A stretch of 64,000 nucleotides of DNA from Haliotis cracherodii. Its lineage: Eukaryota. Below, in pieces: positions 37,960 to 50,300 of the stretch. Both the position numbers and the translations under genes were made by a program. The stretch lies in the NCBI RefSeq assembly GCF_022045235.1, contig NW_027266271.1, positions 24,180,001 through 24,244,000 on the forward strand, written 5' to 3'. Position 1 is the first letter of the stretch. Each line of letters begins with the position of its first letter. The notes below the pieces were generated by a model. The model was not told the DNA's origin and did no database searches. It worked only from the letters and a program-made list of their open reading frames with translations.

Positions 37960-39853
37960 AGAACTGTTTCTGTAAGTCAAAGATGGATTTCTGAAGAGAA
38001 AGGAAAGGTTCTGACCACTTTTAGTTTCTGTATTTTCCCTCTTTCAAGACAAGTCTTTGTCACCAAGAGGGAAAAAACAGAAAAGTAAACTCCTTCCCTA
38101 TGACCCCAATTCAAAGTGGACGCCATTTGCAGACCTGGCTTACCGAGTGACGCTCACGACGGTGTTACTCACTTCATTATGGGTCATATCAACAACACTT
38201 TCAACCGCAATACTATCACTTGTCGACTCGTTCCCATTCCACACAGAACCACATCACCAGACCCCATATCCATTCCCCAAAACGGATACCTCGACTTTGT
38301 TTACATGTCACGAATTTAGGATACACTTCTCCCAATTTTTTTCTCTCTGTTCCGGATACGTCGTATTATCTGGTCCAGAGAGCATCAGGATTACTACCTC
38401 AACACCCTGCAGATTTATCAAAAGCTACAATAAGTACACTAGAGATGATGTTTCGACTTCATATAAAGTGTTGAGTATCATATCGATGTTACTGCTGCGT
38501 TCTGGCGTCGAACTTAACCCAGGACCTGAAACACCTAACAGTACAACAAACACGAAACAGCTCAAGTTGACAACGGGTCAGGAATGTGAAACTTCAGACT
38601 TTGAAAAGCTTCTATCCGAGATAAAGAATGTATCTGCCAAAGTCGATTAACTCTTTTACTAGCAACGTTAACGTCCTGTCTGTGAGATGTGACAAACTCG
38701 AGGAAGAAAACCTCACCCTAAAATCAACACTGTCTTCAGTCACAGACAAACTGGACTACATAGAAAACCAAAGCCGTAGAAATAATCTGCTATTCCACGG
38801 TGTTGTGAAAGAGAAACAATCAAAGACATGGACAGATTGTGAAGATATAGTACATAAAATCATTAAGGACAATCTGGAAATGGGTGATTCAGATATGGCA
38901 ATTGAACGTTGTCATAGATTGAATAACAGTAAATCTCTCAATATCAAATTTAGAGACTTAGGTACGAAAGAGTCTATCCTTAGAAATGCTAAACGACTCA
39001 AAGGTACTTCATACAGTATTTGGGAAGACTCTTCATAAAACGTTAGAAATAAGCATAAAATGTTAAAAACAATAATGGATGATTCAAAGGCAGTTAGATT
39101 TGATAAACTGATTTATGAAAATGGAAAGGTTCACACATAAGACCTTGAAAATGAAATACCAGTTGAGATTAATAGAACGGTATTCAGCGCTGGTCGCGAC
39201 CGCCCCGCGTTTCGTTCACGTGGAGGTCATGGTGGGGGCGGATCCGCACGTGGCGCTTACAGCTAGGATCTCTACTGGGCCTTGGATTGTAACGGTAAAT
39301 GAAGAATCTTTTCGTTCATGTCATGGAGCGTTAACGGTTTGAATCGCAAGTTGAAGGACAATTCCTTCGTTGGGTTTTGCTCTTCATTTGAATTGTTTTG
39401 TTTAACAGAAATTTGGAGCAACTGTTCTGAAGAAGATATGAAACAAAGCTTCCCCAATCAAAATATTATGATAAACTTTCGTGAATACAATACCAGAGAT
39501 GGTGTCGCTCTTTTCGTCAAATATGAACTTCTTAAAGACGTTAAACATGTTGATTTAACTTGTACCGACTGTATATTTATAACACTTGATCACTTATTTT
39601 TTGGTTTACCACGTGATACTTTAATTTTGTTTTCTTACGTACATCCTGAAACTACGTCAACAAAGACTGATATCCATGATGTTAGAGGTATTGATTATCT
39701 TGAGCAATGTTTACTTAAGAAACTTTGTAAAATTTGAAGATCTTTCTATTATACATACAGGAGATTTAAATGCAAGAACTGGCATTTTGCAAGATTTTAT
39801 TATATCTGACGATGATGAGAGTGAAACATATATGTTAACATTAAATGAAATGG
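37960..39853 (+). mobile_element. 5' part of an APE-type non-LTR retrotransposon (ORF1 plus start of ORF2 endonuclease), frameshifted
   Basis: ORF1: LLLRSGVELNPGP, coiled-coil-like stretch, then ENQSRRNNLLFHGV...IERCHRL (L1-type ORF1 RRM signature). ORF2: MSWSVNGL...LTEIW...GVALFV...GDLNARTG (APE motifs). Confidence 0.85.
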
Positions 39854-40048
39854 ATCATGGGTTCGAATCCAAGAATCTCCTGATCAAGAGCTGTGTTCTG
39901 TATCTGATTGTCTCAAAACCATATCCGGTTTTACCAAAATGGTAAACGTCTAGGATCTGCATCACTTTGTGCTTTCCTCACAAATTTATGTGATATGCCA
40001 TAAAACACTGTCCAATTCTGCATTGAAAGTTAACTCACTTAACCCTAG

Positions 40049-43012
40049 GATGCAGGCTAAGACTGATGCTTGATCATATCCACTGCTGCGGTTATTATTA
40101 TTTATATAATTTAGTACATACACACGAAAACGAAGATAAATACTGACTGTTTCTTCGTTATCATCGAAATATCTCATCGCTCCTGGAAGTTGTGCAAAGG
40201 TGTTGGACCACTTTGATAAGAGAGTTCAAGAAATGTTACACAGCCACCGCGTACGACATCAAAATTTTGTGGTAAAGTCAAGATAATGTCCAGACATGCA
40301 TGTTCTTTTCTTTGTGGGCGTCACAAATCTGCATCATTCATGAGTCTTTTCAAACAATTATGAGCCGTTTCACAAATTAAATCAAAAGAAATCTGAGGTT
40401 TACGGAGAAAATAATATGAAATGCATCAATCGCCTTATATAAAACATCAGAGTTATATTTAGGGATAGAACACTTAGGCATCCCCTTCTCGGGATAGATG
40501 AAGCAAAATCGCGGCGTTTTGTCGGTATTTGTGAAGGTTAAATTTGTAAGCATTTGAATAATTATTCCTTGCGATCTATGACCACAGATACAAACAGTTG
40601 AACTCTCAAATGGACATACGCACCGCGTTGACTGTTCAACGACTAAAGGTATACAGGACGGAGCTCTTGACTGCTTATTGTACCATGGTATTTACCTTGA
40701 AGTGCCTCAGTTGTCATCACCGGAAGAAACGACGGATTACATACTAAAACGTCTCACAGTGTCCCAATATAGAGACATGTGCAGGTAAAAGTCACATTGT
40801 CATGTTGAAAATACAAAATAATAATACTCAAAGAACACAGTGGGTTCGTAATGAACGACATTTTCTTAATCCGATTTGTATATATATTTTATATAATAGG
40901 GTTTGAAAGCATTTAATGCAACTGGTATTGCATGCTTGCACTACGAGGTGCTTTTAATGGTTTCTGGTTTCTTCCTTATGACAATTTTATAGTTTCTACC
41001 TACCGATTAGTGTAGTGTGTGTGTGTGTGCTTGAGTGCGTGCGTGCGTGCGTGTGAGTGCGTGTGGGGGCATTCTGTTCACGGTTTCTCATGTAACATTG
41101 TTTATTCGCCTTCTCAGCAACATGTCGGCCTTCCATAACGCTGTCAGATGTACCCTTGCTGTCCTGACCCGGTGCAGTCCGTCCAAGCGACACCTGTTTG
41201 CTGACCCCTATTCTACCTCTCTCGGAATGACCTCATTGTGCGAACACAAGGATTTTTATAGTAGGTGTAATACAAACGCTAAAACACAAATGTTCATTGT
41301 TTTGGCATGAAGATTTAGATATGCTTCGCTAGATATTCGAGACTGGTTATTCTCTGGCGTTGACCTTTTGAATTACATTTTCTTTCAACTTTGGCATTGG
41401 TTGCACACCAGCAATATATGACATTTCTGAGACATTTTTTGCTGACGATGCACAACTTTTCTCCTTTCTCTTGAGTCGCTGATTGTCTTTTTCAGAATTA
41501 GTATTTTGAACACATGTATCATTGACATGAAAAAATGATAATACGGCAAGTGTGAGACACCATAAGGAAGCACATTCTTTTGCGAATCGTGTCAGTGGCG
41601 GCTGCTACCGGTAGAGCAGCCATATTGAAAAATCTATTCACGGCCATTACTCGGTCATTTTTGTACAAAATGTAATGAAATGTTGTAATTGTTTAGTTTG
41701 TGGCGTCCTGCAATTGTTCATATGTTGACCTTTCTTTTACCATGCTCTTAAAATCTCTCAAAATTCATATCTGGTTCCGTAAACTTCGTCTCTTCTAAAA
41801 TCGCCAGGCAGGTAGCTTATCTTTGACATACACTTTTTTCCGTAGGATTCTGTTTAAATCAGTATTTATGCAGGGTTTAGAATTTAAGCAGAAAATATTT
41901 CAAACTAATTTTTGTTAAGTGGCTGTCTTTAATGGCATCATAAATTACATATCCAGGTGAGCTACAGTACAGTGGCACTTTTCATATGGTCAATTTTCAG
42001 TTGTTCAGATTTTAGTTTGTATATTTCTTTAAGAAAGACATTTCAATCAAGGTAATAAACCTTTAAAATTAATTGAACAATAATGACATAGATTTGGACC
42101 TCGAGTTAGAGTTTATCGTATGTTGTTTTTCTAGATTTTGCCTCCGGTTTTGTGATGAACGCCGACCAGAGCACCTGTGGGAAAAGGATGGTTAATTCCA
42201 GCACGCCCGAGCAAATATGCAGGCAGATTGCATTATTAATACATGTGCTGCTTTGAAGCTGTTTGATTGTATTCTAGAAGTTGGTGTGTAAGAAAGTAAA
42301 CGAACAACTCTATGGATAACATATAAAGTGTACGTTTTCTTAGTGCGTTGTAGTTATGTGAATATGGGTAATAATTTACAGTTAGTGCTTCGATAAAACA
42401 GACCCATGGTGATTCCATTGTAAGATTGGTCCACCATTGTCCTAAAGGGTGGCCAGACTATTTCAAGTGAATATGAATGTGTAACAGTGCTCCGTGTCCC
42501 GTTCCTAATGCTTTCAAACCCGGGATTCGAACACACAACGACCGGATTCTGGCAGCTATAGTGTGTCGTCGTAAACCACTGAGCTGCCGTAAGAGAATCG
42601 ATTTCAGCAATTAGGATACGATGGCATGCGACAACCAAGGCAGCGAGCCTAACAACCAGATCCCGATAGTCCTACGAAAAGCCCAAATTCAAACCTGGAA
42701 CTTCATGGGGACCCGAGATTGGAACATGGAGCAAGAAGGTGAAAGTGTATGAACTTAATTTACTTTTTTTGTACCCCCCAACAGTAGCATCCAAACCTTC
42801 ACCGACTGCATGAAAGCCTCTGTGGAATCCTGTGGTCCAAGCACTGCTGAACTGTACACGCACCTGCTGTCAACCCAGGTCCCCGCCCCCTGTGTGCAGG
42901 GGGGAAGGACGGCCACACCCATCCCAAGAGCCGGGCTGGCAAACGTGTGGCTTCAATGTTAATGACAGTACTCGCATTTATATATTCGAAAGTTGGAGTA
43001 AATCAGGGGTAA
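40049..43012 (+). pseudogene. A'': second truncated, decayed duplicate of gene A
   Basis: Same TGA in exon 5 as A'. A deletion removes the 3' part of exon 5 after ~40095. 1-nt insertion at the start of exon 6 (gatacaaacagttg). Exon 8 donor altered (gcag-gcagat). 1-nt deletion in the last exon (atcccaagag vs atccccaagag). Confidence 0.85.
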
Positions 43013-43581
43013 AACCCGAACAACATGAATGTGGACTTTCTTTTGTACTATTTTCTTTTAGTTTCTTGAAATACGTTACAATCTCCACACATACAAATTT
43101 CACAACGGGTCAAGGGGCTTTCACGGCATTTTCGAGCTGTGACGTCATAATACATTTTGATCGAACTTACAAATTGAGTTGCCTTTGCATGTGTTTGTGA
43201 CAGGTGCCACCGGTGGGGCAAGATATGCTCACCTTTTCGCGAACACCTGGTATCATAACTTTTTTATAGTGATTCATAAACACATGCTCATGATATGATC
43301 GGATTTGTATAATCGACTCTGCTTTAAGCAGAAAGTTCTATTGGATATGGAAAGGGTTCTGTCCTTTTATTTACAAACCTCATATTAATATTTGTTTGTG
43401 TTATCAGCTAGCACAGAACCCGATCAGAGATTGAATTCTTGTTCTGTGGTTATCTTAAGTCAAACTACAGCCATTAATTATTTATAATATATAACTCTCG
43501 GGTATGTTCTTTGATTTCTATCCTCAGAAATATTACACTTCTAAATACACTGTCAATAACATAGGTTTTCATTGCAAAATA

Positions 43582-43624
43582 CTGGGTGGCACTAGTGGCA
43601 CTGAAAACAAGCAAAAACACTTCC
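43582..43624 (-). pseudogene. Remnant of a third B-type gene (acceptor plus first codons of last exon)
   Basis: ctgggtggcactagtggcactgaaaacaagcaaaaacacttcc matches B' ~28389-28431. It is followed directly by LINE ORF1 sequence, so the rest of the gene has been deleted. Confidence 0.7.
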
Positions 43625-45560
43625 GTCTTCAGTCACAGACAAACTGGACTATATAGAAAGCCAAAGCCGTAGAAATAATCTGCTATTCCACGGTGTTTTG
43701 AAAGAGAAACAATCCAAGATATGGACAGATTGTGAAGATATAGTACGTAAAATCATTAAGGACAATCTGGAAATGGGTGATTCAGATATGGCAATTGAAC
43801 GTTGTCATAGATTGAATAACAGTAAATCTCTTATTATCAAATTTAGAGACTTAGGTACGAAAGAGTCTATCCTTAGAAATGCTAAACGACTCAAAGGTAC
43901 TTCATACAGTATTTGGGAAGACTCTTCATAAAACGTTAGAAATAAGCATAAAATGTTAAAAACAATAATGGATGATTCAAAGGCAGTTAGATTTGATAAA
44001 CTGATTTATGAAAATGGAAAGGTTCTCACATAAGACCTTGAAAATGAAAGACCAGTTGAGATTAATAGAACGGTATTCAGCGCAGGTCGCTGCGTTCACG
44101 TGGAGGTCATGGTGGGAGCAGATCCGCACGTGGCGCTTACAGCTAGGATCTCTGCTGGGCCTTGGATTGTAACGGTAAATGAAGAATCTTTTCGTTCATG
44201 TCATGGAGCGTTAACGGTTTGAATCGCAAGTTGACGGACAATTCCTTCGTTGGGTTTTGCTCTTCATTTGAATTGTTTTGTTTAACAGAATTTGGAGCAA
44301 CTGTTCTGAAGAAGATATGAAACAAAGCTTCCCCAATCACAATATTATGATAAACTTTCGTGAATAAAATACCAGAGATGGTGTCGCTCTTTTCGTCAAA
44401 TATGAACTTCTTAAAGACGTTAAACATGTTGATTTAACTTGTACCGACTGTATATTTATATTATTTGATCACGTAATTTTTGGTTTACCACGTGATACTT
44501 TACTTTTGTTTTCTTACGTACATCCTGAAACTACGTCAACAAAGTCTGATATCCATGATGTTAGAGGTATTGATTATCTTGAGCAATGTTTACTTAAGAA
44601 ACTTTGTAAATTTGAAGATCTTTCTATTATACATGCAGGAGATTTAAATGCAAGAACTGGCATTTTGCAAGATTTTATTATAGCTGACGATGATGAGAGT
44701 GAAACATATATGTTAACATTAAATGAAATGGAGTATTCAGGTGATACATTCAATACTCCGAGGTTCTCTCAAGACACTGTTATTAATGAATATGGTAAAG
44801 ATCATATCGGTCTATGCTGTACATTTGATATGCATATTCTTAACGGTCGTTTTCCAGGAGATATAAATGGCTCTAAATTACCTGTTTTGCCAATAACGGT
44901 GCCAGTTTAGTTGATTATATTGTCTGTTCAACGACATTGTTCGGTTCTATTGAGGATTTTTGTGTTCATACACGTGCAGAGTCTGATCATTTTCCTATAT
45001 CATGTTCCTTAGTTGGTGATTCTCCATCGCTTCAACATTCAGAATCAGAGACTATACCAAGCAAGTTTGATAAATATGTCTGGAAGGAATCTCGGGCAGC
45101 AGATTGTATTGATACATTGAATGTGAATATTCAAAAAGTAGATGTAGACTATTTTAGTTCTCTTTGTAATCATGACACTTCAGAGGCAGCAGAACTGTTA
45201 TCTACTACCATTCAGCAGTGTGCAGGTTAAAATAATATGAAAGTAAAATGTCGAACTTCGAATATGTGCACAAATGAAGCTAGGTATGATGACGAATGTC
45301 ACTCATTAAAAACTGAGAAGTATATGTACCTTGATAAGTTTAGATCGTCAGGAAATCTTAATTTTTGGCATAGTTTTAGACGTACAAGAAATAAGTATAG
45401 AGAGGTTTGTCGTTCTAAATCATCCGTCTATGCAAATACACTTGCTGTAGATATTGTCAACTCTAGTAAACAAAATCCCAAAGCTTTTTGGTCTTATGTA
45501 AAGTCCATTATTAGAAATCCTAGTAATAAAATTAAATATCAAAAAGATATTGATCAATAG
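43625..45560 (+). mobile_element. Longest copy of the LINE: ORF1 3' half, full APE endonuclease, linker; RT missing
   Basis: GDLNARTG...INEYG...ILNGRFPGD...SLVDY...ESDHFPI...NPKAFWSYVK. Several stops and frameshifts. Confidence 0.85.
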
Positions 45561-45839
45561 GTATCAGCTATAAATCTGATCTTTCATATATTTCACTTGA
45601 AATGTCATTACAACCTATTGCGAGAGGTCCTTGCTGCTGGAAATTCAATACCTCACCATTACACATTACGTTACACTTTCATAGAGATACTATTCATGAT
45701 ACTATAAATGAGTGAATCGTATCCAGCGATGCAAAACCCTTTCCATATTCATTAGAAATCTCTGCCAAAAGCAGAGTCGATTGTATTATTCTGACTATAT
45801 TATGAGCATGTGTTTATGAATCCCTATCAAATAGTGATG

Positions 45840-46500
45840 ACACAAGGGGTTCACGAAATGTTTTGCGTAATTGTATCGAACATCATGCTTGTCACTGTTG
45901 CGTCAAATTTGGAAATGTCCTCCAAATGTCTGCCGTTAAGCATTTTGAAAGCTTCTCTGATGCCTTGAATATTATAAACTTGATCAAATAGTTTTTGAGC
46001 AAGAGTCCTATTACGCTCTTTGAAATCTTTGTAGAAAGAGCATGCTGTTGACTGTTGGGAAGTTGAAGTAATTCCTTTTGTCACTCAGTCTTGTGGGCAG
46101 CGTTTTGTCACTCTGAATCTTTAGTTGCAGACCTAAATATGAAACAGATGAGGCGGTCTCACTGGTCTCCTTTATTTCTAGTTCAGGTGGGTAAAGCAGT
46201 GGAATGATATTGGCTATTTGATGGTTATTAAACGATATAAGATCATCGATATACCTAAAGCTTAAGTTAACCTTCTTGGACAAATTACATTCTTTTGACT
46301 TTGCCAATCCGAGCAGAAATTTCGATTCCTATGAATAAAGAAACAGATCTTCAAGAAGGGGAGAACAATTGGTGCCCATGGGGATGCCTACGTCTTGCCT
46401 AAATGTCTTACCCTCAAATTTTACATAGATGTTATCAATGAGGAAGTCCAACATGTCCCATATTTTTCTCAGTAACCTTCAGATGACATTTGCTTTCATT
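45840..46500 (-). mobile_element. Penelope-like retroelement RT fragment
   Basis: DNIYVKFEGKTFRQDVGIPMGTNCSPLLEDLFLYS...FRYIDDLISFNN...YPPELEIKET...SYLGL...DKRNYFNFPTVN. Confidence 0.8.
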
Positions 46501-46838
46501 TTTAACAAATTGTCCTGAATGTCTTTCCCCAACATTTAACGTGTAGGTTAGAGCACGAGGACCAGGTGTCTAATCGTTGAAATGGTTTGTTTGAGTCCGA
46601 GGCGTGATACATTTGAATGCAATTAATTTTCCGTTTATTACAGATCAATTGCACGTTTTGAGTTATTTCTTGAAACAATCTCATAATCACAATTCTTTCT
46701 TTCATTGAATAAAGAATAAACCTGGCCCTGCACATCAATAGCTTCATGGTCGGACTTGTGTCGGGTATACGAGCCTAAATACAACAACGTCAACTAGGAT
46801 ACGAATGTCCATGCACGCATAAATACACACACACACCT

Positions 46839-46877
<39 letters not shown>

Positions 46878-47337
46878 GAGCACACAGGCAGGCACACTCA
46901 CTCACTGGAGTTTTTATTGTTATACTCAAAATTAGACAAACCTTTCACAGTCCTTGGGAACCCAGCTCCCTAATGCTTGACGTGAGAGGTAATTACATTG
47001 ATTGAATGCTAAGGTTCAGTCAGAAGGGTTGGTAGGGTGTCACCGTACCCCGACTGCATATGAAGTTACTCATGATATCAACCACATGTTTGTCTGGCCC
47101 TACCTTGATTATTTACTGACATATATATTTACTGTCATATGAGGAATAACATTGCTGATTGCAGCGTTGCACAACCACAAAATATTCACTGCAATTAGAC
47201 TGGGCAAATGCAAAAGAAAACGAAACAGCATATGTTTGCGCATGTAATTTATATATTCATATATGCATATAGGTATGGTTGAATCATTGGTTAACTGCAG
47301 TACAATCGCGTATTTAAACTGTCATGTAGGATTTTTG

Positions 47338-50300
47338 TTAGCCAATCAGCGCCGACGTTGATCCAATCTTTGTCTTCAGACACATAGACGGGGATTGGCT
47401 GAGCAGGACATCTTTGTACATGCTGACGGTCGTCTTGCTGCAGCCGCTCACTGCCGACACCAGACACTTCTGGGTGGCATTAGTGTCACTGAAAACAAGC
47501 AAACGCACTTCCAGAGTTACCATATACAATCCTGAGTAGAAATATCATATGAAAACATTTGCATAAAAAACTCTTAAAATAGTTCCCGTTTTACAGAAGC
47601 GTGTCTCTCTCCGTCGGTATATTCCTTGTAGCTTGTCGGTACGTTTAATTAACACCTGGCAGTTCCAATGTCTGACTGGAAATAGTGTCACCACGTCACC
47701 GTGGTATGGATCGTTCCTAATGCCTGACCACGTGGAGATTATTATTAAGTTGTCTAAATATTTTTGTAATATTTGTAACACATTATGAAGAGTACATCGT
47801 TATATTCTATGCTGCTTCACACGAGCATTGACTCCTTTACCTATTATCTACGTGAATACAACTTTGAGATGACAAAACATGATTTAGCAACTGCAGTGGG
47901 AATTCATCCGAATGGTGAAGTTTACTTACTCGCACAGATGTCTCAGGATAATTGAAGCCAAAGAGCGTCGTTTACTGCCGCACGCTGCTTTAGGTGCATT
48001 TTGAACACACTTGGTGTCGAAATCTAAGAACAGATCATCGTAAGGATGGTTCAGTGTATTATTCCGAAATTAAAGCAAGTTCCAATTAATTGCAGGTAAC
48101 CCCTCTCCTCAAATATACATGGCTTCTGTTTCTGTTTTGATGCTTAATTCATTTTAAAAATGTCAAATTTTACCGTCTAAATATCAACAGGTAAGCCATA
48201 TACGTTTCCTTTTCCGAAAAGATACACATATAAATAACAGATCGACATCATGTCGCATATCTCACCCCCAATGTGGCCGCAGAGTTTAGCCAAGCCGTCC
48301 TGCACTGTCTGGGAGTCGGCCACCGTGGGCTGCATCACGTGGTCACTGCACTGCTTCTGTACCCACAGAGTACAGTTCACAGCCAGCTGGTAGTTCTTCA
48401 GATTACTGTACGATATAGAACGTAAATCTATGTTTACTTTTTAGATCTATGCATAAAAATTCAGAGTGACAAAACACTCTCAGGAATACTGTATGACAAG
48501 AGGGATGACTTCAACTTTTCATCAGTCAACTTTCCATTCATGTCGAGCAATATTCCAGCAGCTTTCTACCTAGATTTCAAAGAGAGTTATACGACTCTTT
48601 CTCAGAAGTTGTTTGATCAAGGTTACAACATTCAAGGCCTCAGTAAAGCATTCAAACAGTTATATGGCAGACGTGATGAGGCCATTCCAAATTTGACGCA
48701 TCAGTGACAAAAATGATGTCCGATGCAATTCACTATTTTGACTTGTGCCATATGTTCCCGTGTTTTGGCAGATGAACATGTGACTTGCTTTTGCATTTGT
48801 TTGTGACGGGTGCCACCGGTGGGACAGGATACGCTCACTGTTTCGCAAACACCTGGTATCATCAATATTCCATAGTGATTCATAAACGCATGCTGATGAT
48901 ATATTAAGAATCGAGGAAGCGCTGCCTAGTCGAACCCATCGAGAACTTTTCGGAGAATGTGAAGACTCTCCAACACTGCATTACCCAGTTTGTCAGAAGG
49001 GCTGTATTCCTGGCAGTAAACCCGGGTACTCTCCCAATGTCAGTCAACAGATTGGAGGGTACCAAACCTAAGGCACGGAGAACAATGGAGAGTCGGACAA
49101 CTTGGTACTTGGGATGCAAGCGTGACATTTCGAAAGCGAGGTCTGCATATTTGCCATGTTATTTCTGAATCTTGTCAATCATATTAGTGCCAAAAAGGAC
49201 AGAAAATTCAATGATATAAATGATTTCATTGGATTTATCAAAAAGGACAAGATCAGGTTTGTTGGCCTGGGTATGTCTGAGGCTGTATACGGGCCTACTC
49301 CAAAGAATTTTGTATTTATCATTTTCCATGATGCCCTCTACATATTCAGGGTCTTACCATGGATGGATCTCTGTGTCAAAACAAAAGTATTGCAAAGACG
49401 GTAATAAAATGATCGGGCCATTCCATTATGTCGCTTAAGACACTGTGTTTTTTCCAAAGCTGGGCATCCACTGACAATGTGTTGGACAGTCTCATTAAAT
49501 TCATTGCACATTCTACATTTCATATCTAAATTTTGAGTCCAAATCACACAGTGGCGGTTTCAAGTGGGAAGTGACTGGTCCTGAGCAGCAAACAGAAAGG
49601 CTGCTGTTTCTGTTTCACTTTTCAGGCCAGTCGACCTCATCCAGGCGAAGGACTCTGCAGGGTTGCTGATCATAAACTGCACATAAACTCGATGCAGTGG
49701 TCGTTCAGATAGCCTTTCCTTGAAAACCTGATTTGATATGGCACTTCGCTTAATTGACACTCATTTCTGTACCGTCCGGCAGTACAGAACTATCAACAAA
49801 ATCAACACTGACATTGAGATTATGTCCCGCATCCTTAGCTCGTTTACGTAAACTGTTGAATGCCTTGTTTTCATCATGAGTCTTGACATGCTTCACGAGA
49901 GGATCATCATCAGACAAATATATGTGTGCAAAAGTGCACAAAACAATTCTATTATGAAGAGCCTCCACGTTGATCAAACCACGTCCTCAAATTGTGATTG
50001 GTAAATATAACCGATTGAGAGAAGAGCGAGGTTGGTGGGATCTATTGTCTGTAGTCCGGATCATCCAAACCCTCTTTGCTGCATTTTCGGCGACAGTGTT
50101 AGCAAGGAAGTATGTACCTGCACAGCTGTAAGCTGTTGAATCGGTGACAGGTTTAGCAAGGAAACCTGTTCCTGCACAGCTGTAAGCTGTTGAATCGGTG
50201 ACAGTGTTAGCAAGGAAACATGTTCCTGCAGAGCTGTAAGCTGTTGAATCGGTGACGGGGTTAGCAAGGAAGTATGTACCTGCACAGCTGTAAGCTGTTG

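Larger units (their letters stand above)
23534..39851 (+). repeat. Tandem segmental duplication unit 2 (~16.3 kb)
   Basis: Begins and ends with the same junction, aatgaaatGGAtcatgggttcgaatcc (23534 and 39852). Contains A', B' and the 5' LINE. Confidence 0.9.
39852..44730 (+). repeat. Tandem segmental duplication unit 3 (internally deleted, ~4.9 kb)
   Basis: Contains A'', the B remnant and the LINE, which here continues uninterrupted past the breakpoint (aatgaaatggagtattcagg at ~44725). Confidence 0.85.
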
